DNA of 64,000 bases from Iphione sp. A-MEVVRFRX5. Its lineage: Eukaryota. The translations under genes were made by a program, and so were the position numbers. This document shows positions 49,463 through 63,390 of this stretch, piece after piece. The stretch covers positions 100,378,001-100,442,000 of the forward strand of contig OZ320317.1 in assembly GCA_976226885.1 (NCBI GenBank), written 5' to 3'. The notes below the pieces were generated by a model. The model worked only from the letters and a program-made list of their open reading frames with translations, did no database searches and was not told the DNA's origin. Position 1 is the stretch's first letter, and each line of letters starts with the position of its first letter.

Positions 49463-52191
49463 ATGGCACCAGGATTGAACATAATGTGCTTCAATGTAAG
49501 GAGTATTGGGAAAAAGTTACCAGATATTGCCTCACTGTTTAAATCTGAGAATGTGGACATTGGGTTAATAACAGAGACCTGGTTAAATGAATTTTATAGT
49601 GACTCGGCCCTACATATACCTGGGTACCTTTTCATACGTGCAGATAGGAAGAATAAGTTGAAAACTAAAGGGGGTGGACTAATGCTTTACTACTGAGATT
49701 CATTTGTTGTAACTAGGGTATTATCTGATGACAAAAGACAATCACTTGAGTACCTAGGTGCTAAAATCAAGGCTGGTAAAAGGAAGCCAATCGAGATTTT
49801 GTGTGTGTACAGACCTCCCCATGTTGCAATCTCGGAAACTGTGGTTACTCTTGACGAAGTGTGCAACTCCCTATTCTCGAAAAAAGGTACTGACCACGTA
49901 ATAATGGGAGATTTCAATTACGATTACACTTCTGAAGTAAGGTGGGTTACAGGATCATCAGATTGCTGAGTGGGCTAGGTCTTCGACAAGTCATACAGGG
50001 AGGAACTATGGTCAACAGTGACAGCTGTCTTGACCATAAATGGGTCAACTGTCAGGTTAGGAATGCAGGGTCCCCTCTTGACTATTTCATTAGCGATCAC
50101 CTACCGGTAGCGGTCACAGTAAAAAAGGGGGCACCCAATGTAACCAAGGAAGTGGTGACGATCAGGTGTTGGTCTAAGGTAGACATTCAACAACTTACTA
50201 GGGAGATAGTTGAGGGAGGGTATACTTACAAAGAGGGTGACCATGAGGAACAGTGGGATAGGTTCGAAGAGTACACCAGAAAGAGCTTGGAGAATATCTG
50301 TCCCATGAAAAAGATAGTAGTAAAAAAGGACCCTGATGACTTTGCACCTAGTGCGAGTTTAAAAAATCTCATTGAAGACAGAGCATACTTCTTCCGTAAA
50401 TGGAAAAGATCTTAGGACATTGATAGTAGATGCATCTTTAAATATCTAAACAAAGAAGTCGAGAGGGGCCTAAAATGGGAAAGGAGAGCTTATTGGAGCA
50501 ACAAACTATCGCAGGCAAAGGGTGATAACAGGGCAACCTGGGGGATCCTCAACAGGGTTGTTGGAAGAGACAGGGACATCCCTAGGTTACCATCCGTACC
50601 GACAGGCAGTAAGGACAATCTAGCAACATCCTTCAACAATCACTTCATAGGGGTAGTTGATTCCTTAACTGCAAACCTAAACCCAACAATTGACTCAACA
50701 GATTCTGGTCCCACTAACACCTTTGAACTTCCCTATCCCAGTCCAACTGAGGTAGCCACTGCTATTGGTAAGCAAAAACTCACCAAGCCATCTGGGGTCA
50801 GTGGGATCCCGTCAAAAATCCTCAGGCCGCTTCTACTGAACTGCCATGAGTTTTTGACTTGGATATTCTTTCAATCAATCGTGTTAGGGAGATTCCCAGA
50901 CTCTTGGAAACTTGGGAAGGTAACGCCTGTCTTCAAGAAGGGGGACCATGGGAACTTAGCCAACTACAGACCTGTAACCATCTTGCCCCTCCCCGGGAAA
51001 ATCTTTGAGCATTGGTTTTGTGGCAAACTATCTAACTGGATGGAGGAAAATAAGCTTCTGCGAAGTGAGCAACATGGATTTAGAAAAAACCACTCTACAG
51101 AAACAGCCATAACTAGTCTCTGGTGTGATATCATGGAACAATGTAACAATGGGTTATACTGTTGTATCCTCTTATTCGATTTAAAGAAAGCATTTGACGT
51201 TGTGTCACATGTGAAGCTATTGGATGATATGAGACAAATAGGCATAGGTGATCATACCAGGGAGTTCTTTGCCAGCTACCTCTCCAACAGACGACAGTAT
51301 GTTGTATTCAATCACCAAACCTCTTGCAGCAGTGTGGTAAAACACGGAGTACCTCAGGGGTCTGTGTTGGGGCCTTTGGCCTTCAGCATAGTAATAAATG
51401 ACATCCTTTCTGTTATTCCGAAGTGTTGTTCTCCGATCTTAAATGCTGATGACTTAACTGTCGCCATCTATGCCCCAAACCTTCACAAACTTTGTCAACT
51501 ATCAATGCTAATTCTTAAGAGTGCAGCTGACTGGTGTAAAAAGGCGGGGCTGATACTCAGTGAAAACAAGTGTGTGTATTTGACAGTTGGACGAGCCAGT
51601 AGCTATGACCTTGACCTCTCATTGAACGGGTTGCCATTATGTCATGTCCCTTCTTGTAAGATTCTGGGGTACATGATCGACTCTTCATTAAAGCCATTGG
51701 CCAGCTGGCGTCATGTAAGAAGGTTGATGTGGTCGGCTTCTCTCAAAATTGGACGCGTAAAATACCTGCTTCCTCTGAAATCAAGAATGGGGCTCTTCTC
51801 ATCCTTAGTAGTAAGTCACTTGTACTACCATGCTGTTATGCTATATAGTCTATCATGTTCTCAGCGAGTGAAATTGCAGACCTTCGTAAACAAGTGTGCT
51901 AGAGTATGTTATCAAAAACATGATTTCCTCCCTGCACGAGTACTAATGGAGAAATTTGCAGTACCGAGAGTTCACACTTTGATTGACAGCAAAGGTCTGC
52001 GGGCAGTAAATAACCTAATGTCTCTTAATCTTCTGCCTATGTCCCATGCCACCAACACCAGAGTTGGTCAATCGCAGAGAGGTGCCCTATCTAAGCCTAA
52101 TTCTGTTATCTATGAGAGATCCTTGCGATATAATGGAGTCAAGGCATGGAATGATCAGCGTCGCCCAATTGTAAAATTGACTAGTGTGTAA
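49463..52191 (+). pseudogene. LINE C ORF2 (APE + RT), few disablements
   Basis: CFNVRS, ITETWL, YRPP, GDFN, SDH; NYRPVT, QHGFR, FDLKKAFD, PQGSVLGP, NADD (mutated YADD); stops at 49694 and 50413 plus frameshifts. Confidence 0.92.
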
Positions 52192-52757
52192 TGACCTGTC
52201 TCTTACCTGTACTGCTGTACTGTCCAATGTTCTTACCGATGTAGTACGTAGGTATGCTACTGAAATGCATGTGACGTCTTGGGCTTGAAACACATTCATT
52301 CTCATGTGTAGTCCCCATAAGGGCTATTTTACTTGTCGTCTGACGACTCTAGATTCTATGTGCTTGCTAAAGTTTACTACCTGTGCCTATGCGTCTTCTA
52401 TCTTAAACCAGCACCCCATTGAACGGTTAATAGGATACTTGTTATCTAACTAAATGTACTCTGTGATATTTAATGTGTGTAACAATCGTTTTCTGCTGAC
52501 ACTCATGTTGATCCAACTATATACACTTTTTGTTTGTTTATATGCTTTGATTATCTTGTACAATCTTTCAATTGACATGTATTAGCCTCTTGATGTAAAT
52601 GTGTTGATTCTTTCTTTGTTGTTATTCACTGGCAGGCGGCCAATTTCCAAGTGAAGCTCTAGACCTGTATTTAGAGATGGAAATAAAATATCTTGTATCT
52701 TGTATCTTGTATTTTGTAAAACCTGTGCTTAGTGCCAGAAAATGATCTGGGATTTAA

Positions 52758-54035
52758 CATTTGAGATTTGAGATTTGATTTGTTTATAAACCGGTCACAA
52801 GTTAAACTATATAAAATTCTCCTTTGGTTAATGTAGATTTCAAAAAATATATGTACAGCATTGACAGTAAAATACAGTGTAACATAAAACAGAAGTGACA
52901 TAGTGTGAGGTGCATTGGATGATATTTTATACCTGCTATACAGAGTTAATCTGATGGGAAGGATACGCAACACAATACATGACACAATATACAAGAATTT
53001 TGAGTTTGTGGAATATACAGGTACATTACAATTGATACCTGTTTACAGTGATGTGCATAGATTGTGTACCATATGCAGTCAATATTGCAGCATAGCATTT
53101 AGTGAGACACATTTATGCTGATTATGTGCATAATCAGTATTGTACCAAGTGGCTTAGATTACCTAAAGCCATTATCAGCTAATGTTCCTTGAACACCATC
53201 CCACTGGAAAAAATAGGTAACCTCTTATGCAGTGCAACAGACAATAAATTGCTATTTGCATGTGTAGTGTACATAAATACACAATCGATGGCACAATATG
53301 GAGCATAAATGAAAATGTATATCTATTATTTATTGGTGTGTTTTCTTAGTAGCATAAACCATATTTGTCATGATACAAAATATGATAGGTAACAACTCGA
53401 GCTGCACTATGACCTATAGTAAATGTTCATGGAGTAGCACTAATTACACCGCCTTCCTCACATGTATGCCACAGTGCAGGGTCTGCGGTCCATTGCATAC
53501 TCAGGGGTCAATGAACCCAAGCCCATTTGTAGCACAAAGCCAACACCACCAGTGAGGTCCTATTCTGCCTTTTATTTCTTCTCAGCATCAGATGTTACAT
53601 TGAGTCAGCATCTTCAACAGCAACTGAGGGTGAGTCCGGCTACAGCGTCGGACCGCTAAGCTTATATACCACAGTGGACCAGATACAGCCATTCTTTACT
53701 GACACATGCACAATAGGTCGTAAAAGTCTATGACATCACTAGAGTCCCGCATCCTATCCACTGATAGGAAGAATTGCAAATTACAAAAAGGTCACAAACA
53801 AATTTTTCATCTGGTACATGTTACTTTGCAGCAGGCATTACTTACAATCCTTTCATCTATATACTGTACAGTATGTTGCCATATTATCATAACCATCTGA
53901 GATTACTTTCATTTCACAATCACACATAACGTAATGACATAGTACCCAATTCCCCCTCTTAAGGAGTAGTGGTTTTGCCAACATCTTCATCATCATGTTC
54001 ATAACTGTGTTACACATGATACAGTTAACTAGTTT
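52758..54035 (-). mobile_element. Non-coding LINE 3' fragment (long 3' UTR) lying tail-to-tail with LINE C
   Basis: Minus-strand end ACCAAAGGAGAATTTT...ATAAA then (AAATCTC)n; terminal motif resembles GACCAAGGAGAACTTT of the 8078-9940 element; homologous to 6897-7600. Confidence 0.65.
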
Positions 54036-54043
54036 GACATGCT

Positions 54044-54530
54044 TAAATTGAATTGATTGATGCTTATTAATCCTTCTTTGTCATCAAATACAAAGCCATC
54101 CGGATAAATACAACATAGATACAGTCGGTACAACAAGATACAAGACACACAGACACACTTTGGAGGGCTTGAGCAACACGGTTGCAATATACAAGCAATA
54201 TACAGGTTGAAACAAGATACAGTATGGCATAATATGGAGGGAACACGTCGTGAGATAATTAAGGCAACAGGAATACACACAATAATTAACAGATGCTTCA
54301 CACAGGTGCCTTGGCTTCAAAGCACCAATCTTGTTTACCAGATGGCACCACATTTGGTTACTCCTATTCCAATTGTCTCTCTCCCTTAATCTCCCTGCTG
54401 CTGTGTGACTGCTTCCCAAAAAACTTGTGCTTCTGGTTTCGCGGTCATGTTTCAGATACTGAAAGAAAGCCTGTTCCATTGATCCACTCCTTTGAATCTT
54501 AATGAGTTTGGTTTTTGCCCTTAGTGCCAC
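54044..54530 (-). mobile_element. Short 5'-truncated LINE 3' end
   Basis: Degenerate ORF2 C-terminus (HDRETRSTS...W), hairpin CTTTGT/ACAAAG, AATAAG and (TCAAT)n-like tail on the minus strand. Confidence 0.5.
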
Positions 54531-55095
54531 CAGTCTCCTACTTGCCCCTCCCCTACACCTAAGAAGTGTACAAGGATTAGCTACAATAGTCAGAAAGAAC
54601 TCACATTTTCACAATGCCAAATTCTCTAAGGAATACATCAACTACCATTGCTATGGACTAAACACATACAGTTGTATGCATGTAGAAATGTACACATATC
54701 TTGTTGACATTGGTTGTTCAAATGGGTAATTTTTTCTTGTTGCCCTTTACATTGTACATGTATTCTGATAAATTTAGTTTTGTATTCACTTAACAAAAAG
54801 AATTGCCTCCCTCTAATTGAATCTTGTGTAGTAAATTTATTGGTGTAACATTCATGGCCTGCCCTGAAAAACCCATGAACAGGGTTTCATCCACTACAAG
54901 TTATCTATTCCTACACAATCCAGACTCAATTGTCTTTAAAATAGACCATTAATTCCATACCTAGCCTGTATTATACAGATATTAATTTTCTGGAGAACTA
55001 ATATGAAAAAGGCACAAATAGATATGAAAGAAACCACTATAATACATAGATATCATATGCTTTAAACGTCTATATTTCTTTACAGATCAATAAAG

Positions 55096-58000
55096 ATGCC
55101 TGAAGTTAGGAAGGAGACCTGCTCAGCATGGCTGATATGTGCTGCAAGCTTTGTCAATCATGCCATCATTGATGGTCTCCTCTATTCAATGGGAGTTTTG
55201 TACATCATGTTTGAGGAAGCTTTGAGTGCTGATAAGAGTGCAGTAGCTTTCATACCTTCTCTGCATTACTGTATTTACTGCATCACTGGTATGCTTACCT
55301 TGCCAGAAAAAGTTACAAAAAAGTCACAGTAGCAACCCGCCTCATAGCCAACAGGACTGTCTGAGCAACTTACAGTTATGGGCACTTATTCCTGGTCTGA
55401 ATAAGTTCTCCTATAAATTTCAATCAGAAATCCAATCAACACTCAGTAACAGGCAAATCAGCTTGGTCTGATGAGTGATTGCTTTGGTTGGTTGCTACTG
55501 TATATCTATTTCGCTTACTAAACTGTTGAATCATAACGTTTCACTGAAAATCATGGGAATACTGCTCAGCTGGAAGGCATATATCTAGAAGTTTCTAATC
55601 AGGATACCCTTAGATTTGACCAAATCTGCTCTGAAATGAGACATTTTGCAATAAAAGGTCTTGATTACGTAAAGCACATGTTCCTTTTTGTCAGACATTT
55701 CCTTTCCTAAAGAATGTCCTCATTGGAGATATGTCCAATACATGGCTTTCCTCTTTTATGTCAAAAGCTAAGAGAAATATTTTACTTATTTTACATTCAT
55801 CACTTTTAATAATTTCTCATCATATAGGTCCTCTGTCTGGTCCTTTAGTGGAGTACTTTGGAGAGCGTAAGATTGCCATATTTGGCTCAATCCTGTCTTC
55901 CTGCGGCATAGCGCTGGGCTCTTTAGCAACAGAGGTAAGCTTTTTTATACCTCCTTAAGATTTTCTATAACATTGACCTAAAGTCTGTACTTAATAAAGC
56001 TTCAAATCTATATAAATAAAGTAAGAAGACACTTTGAGCACTATCCTAGCCATTGACCCGAAATACTCTCCTACCCATTATCCTTTTGAGTTAGTCAACA
56101 GGCAAGCAAATAGTTGGCCAACTACAAAATTGCCAATGTTGGCATGTACATTACTTTTATTGGAATACATCAACTAGCAATCTAGGGAATTGCCGGTAAG
56201 GCTCTGTACACTTTATTAGTTACACTTTCTTTATGCATAATTGAACTTTGATTTTGATGGTGAATAGAATAGAATAGAAAGAGCTAGGACTTAATAAACA
56301 AACAACAACCCTAACCTTTTAGTAAGCTTCAAAAATTTGAAAACATTACATAGACCATACACTACATGTGAATTAGGGTAAAGCTTTAGATTCATATAGT
56401 AATCACCAGGCAATACAGACATTAGGAAGTTAAAAACTGCAATATTTGCTCTCTGCTATCCGGATTAAAACTTGATAAAAAGGTGTCTACTTTCTACCTT
56501 GTCTCGGCCACCATAATAATAGAAGAATTTTCTACATTAAGTAAAGTTGAATGAGAAATATTTATCTTATCCCAACTTACATAATGACCATTAATTACTT
56601 CCAAGAATATATTATGTATCTTGTACAAGAGATGTAGGATGGTTTATATTTTGTCATTATCCATATATAAAAAGCTGTTGGTCTTTACCATTTTCGTTTC
56701 TAGGTGCCACATCTCTACATTACCTACAGTGTCGTGAATGGTGCAGGTCTCACTCTGACAATGACTGCTTCCCTTACTATTCTGGACAAGCACTTTCAAA
56801 CCAAGAAGACCTTAGCCAGTGGGATAGTCTCCTGTGGAGTAGGCATTGGTGCATTAGGTTTTCCACCTGCCATCAGACTACTAGAGGGTGTGTATGGCTG
56901 GAGGGGGGTTCTTCAGGTAATGGCTGCCATCAACCTACACATGGTTGTCTGTGCTGCATTGTTTAGACCAAGTCATAGGACCAGATCTTGGCTGAGTAAT
57001 TTGGAGAACCAGGATAAAAAAATAGATGCACTGAAAATATCACTTGATCAGTCTAAAAAGAATTTCATGCTCATTGAAAGGCTAAAACTATTTACTCAGA
57101 TCAGATTCTCTTTCACCTGTTTACTTTATTTGATCTTTACCTTCCCATTCTCCCTACTCTATACTCACCTAGGGGCTTATGTTTTGGCCATGGGTTTCTC
57201 TCCTAGACACTCAGTCCTAATCTATATGACTATTGGATGTATCTCGATGATAGCAAGATTTCTGATTGGTTTCATTGCCCATTTGACTGGGGTTAATATA
57301 TTCATTTTCCCACTTGTAAGCTCCCTTTTCCTTGGCATTATTACACTAATACTGCCCTTCTGTAAGGCACTCTGGATGATTTACTTGTACAGTGCTCTTT
57401 TTGGATTGTTCAGTTCATCATTCAATTCTTTGATAATGCTAATTGCTGCAGATTTAGTGTCCTCAAATCTGCTTCCAACTGCGATGGGTGTCCTCTTTTT
57501 GTTTCGTACACCAGGATCAATTGCAGGACCCCCTGTAGCAGGTAAGTCTCTTCAATTCTATGCCATACATTTTCAGTCAGAATCAAACTTATGTTATTAT
57601 GATATAAACATAAAGTAATGATCCACATTCTAGGTAATTAAATCAAAGGGACAATGCATTCAAATATGATAATTTATTATAGTAACAGGCATCATAATTT
57701 TGTTCTACTTCATGAAAATATTTCATTAATTCCTTTAAATAATAGAAAAGACAGGTCTCCATACCATACAGTACAAACATGACTGAACAAGGGACTGCAC
57801 CATTCTTATTTGTCCTGCAGTCGTCTATCATTAGGCAGTTTCTGTATGGAGGAAATGTATTTGTTATTCCAAATATTAGTCCTTCTTACATTTTCAATTT
57901 TCCTTAAATTTGTTTTTAAGTACGTTTCCACCATATATATCTATAGTGTAAGTAATGATATGTTTTCAGACTGCAAATGAAGTCTTAATAAAAACCATTT

Positions 58001-58190
58001 CAAATCATAAGCCGACATGCTCATTACAGTAATTCTTTATACTCCTTATCATTTTCTCCTTCCAGCTGCACTTTATGATCTTACAGGCCAATATTCTACC
58101 ACACTCTTTACTGCTGGTGGTTTGACAATACTAGCTGCCCTATGCCTGCTGTCAGTTCTCTGTAGAAAAAACAAAGATGATACATTCTAA
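55096..58190 (+). CDS. SLC16/MCT-family MFS protein, copy 3; join(55096..55288,55828..55934,56704..57541,58066..58190), 420 aa
   Basis: Same exon structure; open frame; introns collinear with copy 1; slightly earlier stop. Confidence 0.9.
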
Positions 58191-58916
58191 GGCCATCAAA
58201 CAACAGTACTTTGTAAAGGTTTCTGCTCATATCAGAATAACATCTTGTGCCTTCATGTTTATTTTATAATTTCAATATTTATACTTTTAGAGTGTTTCTA
58301 AAGAAATGGACAGTAGTATTAAGTAATCATGGGCTTGACTTTTAAATTCCTATGTGTTTTATGTAATGCTTAATATTGAAAATTGATTGGTCATTATTAA
58401 TATTGATTTGGTTGCCATATAAATGTGTAAATATTTCTTAATTTTTCTGATTTAATATCATAGGCTAGTATATTCAAGACTACAGATTACTGAAGCTGCT
58501 TGGTTGAGGATGGTTATGGGTTGAGACAACCCTTATAACTCTCTTAACATTCTTCATTTACCAAAGAGATAGCTGGTGAACCATCACTCTCAACCCAGGC
58601 TACATTACATAATTGTAATCCCCTTAAGTTAGTTAGTTCATGTTTTTGCTATACAAAGTACTGACAAATAACCACACTACATCAAGCCTGCCAAATGATA
58701 AATGAAAAAAAGATGTAAATCTTAGTTTATCGACATGAAAAAAAACTTTGATAATGACAATCACAAGCTAGTAATTGACAAAGAGTCATTATTTTACCAA
58801 AAGAAATATAACTTGGTTTAGAAATAATTCCTAAATTGCCTCAGTCATGCTTATATCTCTAAAATGCAAATTAGAAAATGGAAACATTACTTATTGGTTG
58901 AAAATCAGACTATCGA

Positions 58917-59373
58917 CAGAGAGAATTCAAAAACCGAGCGATCATTTCCACCAAAATCGTTTGGTTTTTGGAAAATTAGGATTTGGAATAGTTGCCACAG
59001 GCGGGGGAAAAATGAAGATTGTGGCAAATCCCATGGTGGCAGCCTGCATGTAGCTCTTACATAACCATTTCACATGTCTGTATTTGACTTTGAACCTCTG
59101 TGAGTCACTCTGCGCTATGTTGTGGCTAAGTTTAGGAGGGTAACTCTTATGTAATTGTCGTTTTGGGATGTCTATACACACACTAACGCCTGATGCTTCC
59201 TTTGTTCTCCCATGGAAGACAGAGCATTTGGTTTTTTAAAAGTGTTTGGATTTGGAAATTGAATATTTTGGATATATGAGTTGTTAAATACAGGAAAATG
59301 GTTGGTTCCCAGAAATATTGATCAGTTTTGGGAAAATTAGGTTTTTGAGTGTTTGGATTTTGACTTTCCTCTG
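58917..59373. mobile_element. Tc1/mariner(pogo)-like MITE
   Basis: Imperfect TIRs CAGAGAGAATTCAAAAACC / GGATTTTGACTTTCCTCTG; TA on the right flank only. Confidence 0.55.
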
Positions 59374-61299
59374 TACATCCTTGGTCTAGACCATTTCATA
59401 TTGGCATAAAACAAGTACACATTTTAAAAAGCTGCAGATATAAAGGAGTGATTTTAATCATCAATAAACTTGATGAGGAATTAACATATTTGGCATTAGC
59501 GTTGATTTATATGAATGACAAAAAACTAAGCCTGGAATAACTGATATAAAAAATCATGTAGATTCAATATAGAATCATGGATATTGCTAAAAAAACATAG
59601 TTATTCACTCAGAGTACTTAATACACTCCTGTTCACCTCAAAATTATGTCAGCTATAAAAGCTAGACAGGTAAATGTTCTTGAAATTAAATTTATAATTG
59701 CAAAATCTCAAAAAACGTAAACATTTTATAGATTTCAATGGTATCAAACAATCGAATTCATTTGATACTTTGGTTCATAACATGACTAAAACATGACTTT
59801 AAGAATGTTTGTCTTATATCATTTAAAAACAAATTAAATCTTTAAGGATTGATTAATTGTATCACAATCCTAGGTTTTGTACAAAAATCTACATTGATCT
59901 TTTGTTGATCTTGTGCTGACTGTTTAAATTGTGGAGTAATCAATTGTACTGCATTGACTATCTACAGGATAAAAAGCATTCTGTGGTGACAAATTGTTCT
60001 TAATGTTATCAGATACATCTTTATATCAGCTGTATGCTTTTAGTCTACCTGCTATAAAAGAGAAAAATAAACATACCATATAAAACAGATAATATTCTCA
60101 TGATATTAGCAATATTTATGTAAGGAAATGATGAAAATAACCCACACTTCATTGTTCTTTCTCCTCAATTTGAAAGTAACTTGGAAATCAAGTTAGTGAC
60201 CACATCTATAATCATTGAATTTTACTGTTGTTTATAAAATCATGTCCTGTCATCTTTAGAGTAAATTTATATCCCTGAGTAAGAAAGCATGACCCAAGCT
60301 TCAGTAACTTCTTGCCACTTTTTTTATGATTGTATTGATGGTTCAACTTAAAATTCATCTACTATCAGCTTGTAGCCAAAAACAGATTGTTTTGACGGTT
60401 GAATAGAACTAATTACTTATTTACCATATCCAACAAGACAGTTTCTCATGGCGAATGAGGGTAGACAATTTTTGCAGAATATGCAAAAAGTGCAGATTTT
60501 GACAAACAGAATAAAGGAGTATGGCACAGTACAAAGAAGCTACAGTACAAAAAGGAGTGATTGATAAGCTAATGCCGACCCATGTATGCAGAACATTCTT
60601 GGGTCACAAACATATGTTTTGGCCCTCTTTCTAGCTTCAGGCAGATGATGATGAACTCTTCACTCCCGGATACCTGAGGAATACCAGAAAGATTGTTTAG
60701 TTTGGGTACTACACTCCTGACTACTCTTCTTTCCTATGTGCAGGTTGCCAAGTCTGCCTGTGTATAGCCTTAAAGCCTTTGTTTTCTGCAGTCTTTTTTA
60801 CTCTTTCCTGGTCAAGTTTTATGTGTCTTGCCAAAGTAGACATGTAGCTGTTGACCTGCAGTGTGACATAAATGCATTTGGTCATGTGAACCTGAATTTT
60901 AAGAATGTCTACGGTGAAGAGCCTGTATAGGTATTTGACCTGGGACATTAACAGAGCTTTGAAGAAGATAACTCTATAGCCCTACTTGGGAGCAGTTGCT
61001 TCCCTAAGCCAAGACAGAGCGTTACTGTTATCATTGTATCCTTGAGCTCTTTTAGCCACCAAATTAAGTTTCTCATTTAAATGGTAATCCAGCAGCCTAG
61101 TGCTTCTTACCATTATTACTTTTATTTCATACATATACATTGTATTTGGTACCAGAACCAAATAATAATTTGATAATTTATAATTCAACTATACTACTAA
61201 GTTAAACTGTCAGCAACCTCTCAAAAATATGTTATATCACAATAATACTTCGTATGTATCAACAATAAATAACTGAAATTATAGCTTAAATGCCTTAGC

Positions 61300-62420
61300 T
61301 CTAGGACCAAAACCTGTAAGAAGTAAATTTTAAGTAATATTTGCAACCAGTAGGGCATTATTTAGTTGTACACTTTCAGAATCCATAAGCAGATTGGTGT
61401 GAGTACTGAGTATTTATTACATATGGCTAGGATTTGCTGTCATACTTAGTGCCAACAACTTTCATATCGATATACATGACTAGGACCACATTTTGTTTCA
61501 GTCCTGTCTAATACTGCATCATCTAAATCTCTGTCAATGGCAATTATGGCTACATATAAATAACAGATACTTTTTCTTATTGGAGAGGTGGTGGTGCCTT
61601 TAGAGTTGTAGACTGTACTCTGTGACCTGTCAGTTACAGGGGCCTGACCAATGCTGTAAGGGGCCCAACCAGGTAACAAGAGGGCCCAACCATTTGTGGA
61701 GGGGCCCAAGCAATTAGTAGATTGATCCAACCATTTTGTACAGGGGCCCAAGTTATGTACTCAGTGCCCCAGGCACTAACTACTTTGTAACTGCTTCAAA
61801 GGATCTGATTCAAGGAAGACACAGGCAAAAGTAATGTTGTAATGGTTTATTCCATCTTCTGGTAGATTGATCTGGTGACATGACTTATGTGTCTACTATA
61901 ACTATGGTGCTCTGTGGCCAATAAATCAGTCTACACTTGAATTATGTTTTTGGAACTTGTCTCTTCAGAGGAATCGTTAGGAACACATACAAACTTGGAT
62001 AACCTTAAAGGAGACTGGATTAACCTAGCTAGAGATCTAGAGGAGTTGCTAAACCAGGAATATAGTTACTATATTTGGATTTACTAAGTGGGAATTTATA
62101 TAATTACGTTATGGCAAAGGGTGAATCATCAAGGAAAAAAGTAAAAAACAACAGGCCAAGAATGGAGCCCTGTGGTACTCAACTTGTGATTTTCACTTGA
62201 GAAGACATTACACTTCCAATTAATGTTTTTTGCCACCTGTTTCCTATATAGTAAGTCATCAAGGGTAATAAATCATCAAGACCATACAATTTCTCTAGCA
62301 ACACACTGTAATTAACTGAGTTGAATGCTTTGGAGAAATCAACAAAGAACCCGACAACAGCCATAATATTTTGATTCAGCACAGAAATGTAGTGTGCATA
62401 GCCTGATCCCATTAACTTGC
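61300..62420 (-). pseudogene. Degraded LINE RT fragment of the LINE A/B lineage; ends approximate
   Basis: VVGFFVDFSKAFNSV...LLPLMTYYIGNRWQKTLIG...PQGSILG closely parallels LINE B ORF2. Confidence 0.75.
61630..61775. repeat. Short GGGGCCCAA-repeat element (MITE-like) inserted in the LINE fragment
   Basis: Five GGGCC(C/T) units in ~140 bp. Confidence 0.45.
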
Positions 62421-62689
62421 CCTAGAAAGACAAAAAAAGGATGGCTGACGGGCCAACCAAAGCCAAAGGCATTACAGACTATCAACTGGATCTCCACCTA
62501 TGTTCACTCAATCCTCACTATTGTACTTTGCTTCTTCCTATTGAAACCTTTCCATAAAGTATAACAGATTACCCTTCTTCTGGAAGCTACCTGACTAGCT
62601 GACACAATGCCTATTCTTTTAGTACCAACTCCCTCCCTCCACCCTGGAAACTGTCACAAAACTGAATTATGACCATTAAAGCACCATTC

Positions 62690-63390
62690 AGATGGCGACT
62701 GCCCTCCTATTTATAGCTGGGGCCCTCAGTAAATTCCTCTGTGTGATAATAAAGTGCATCACTCACAAATCCTCAAAGATGGGACCCAACCCCTCCCCCT
62801 CAGGATTCCAGATTCTCCTCAAAACAGGGACTGCCAGGGAATATACCATGCTCCTCCTACATGAGTTCAAGACCAAGGCCCTACAAATGACAATGTCCCT
62901 AGTCACTACGGTCACCTCCACTACCACTCTTACTCAATTCACATCACTTACTCTAACTCCCTCTATTGAGCAGACAGTGTTTCTGCTCAAAAAGCTATAC
63001 TCCCTTCAGTCTTGCCCATTCCTCTGGAAATGTGGACACATCAACCACCTTATCACAACTGGCCCATACCTTCCCCTCCATGTCATAATCTTAGGCCAGC
63101 AGAAATGGTCCCAGCCACAACAGAATTCACTATACCCAGCCTTGCCTTTTTGTGCTCCCCTGTAACACCCAAAATAGACTTTCCTCAGTATGCGGAAGAG
63201 CCGTGGGAAATGCAGAATCCCTTGTTTCCTCCCCTCCTACTTGTCATGACCTACTGAAGAAATTTGATGCTGACCAGATAACTGAAGAGTCTGTACCTGC
63301 CCCTACCCCACCGCGAGCACAAAACACTATAGTCAGTGTCTGGAGGCCCTATGCGGCCGTAGCTTCACATGAATTTGAGCTCTTCACATG
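62690..63390 (+). pseudogene. Degenerate gag/ORF1-like remnant with decayed zinc knuckle
   Basis: C..WKCGHINHLITT(G)P resembles CX2CX4HX4C; followed by Pro-rich low-complexity sequence. Confidence 0.35.

Larger units (their letters stand above)
45673..52716 (+). mobile_element. LINE C: apparently full-length, inactivated LINE (ORF1-NADAR / SGNH-like / APE-RT)
   Basis: Starts at CAAGATGGCGG; ORF1 45739; ORF2 49463-52191; 3' stem TTCCA..CTCTA/TAGAG..TGGAA (52645-52682), AATAAA, (TATCTTG)n tail. Confidence 0.92.
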
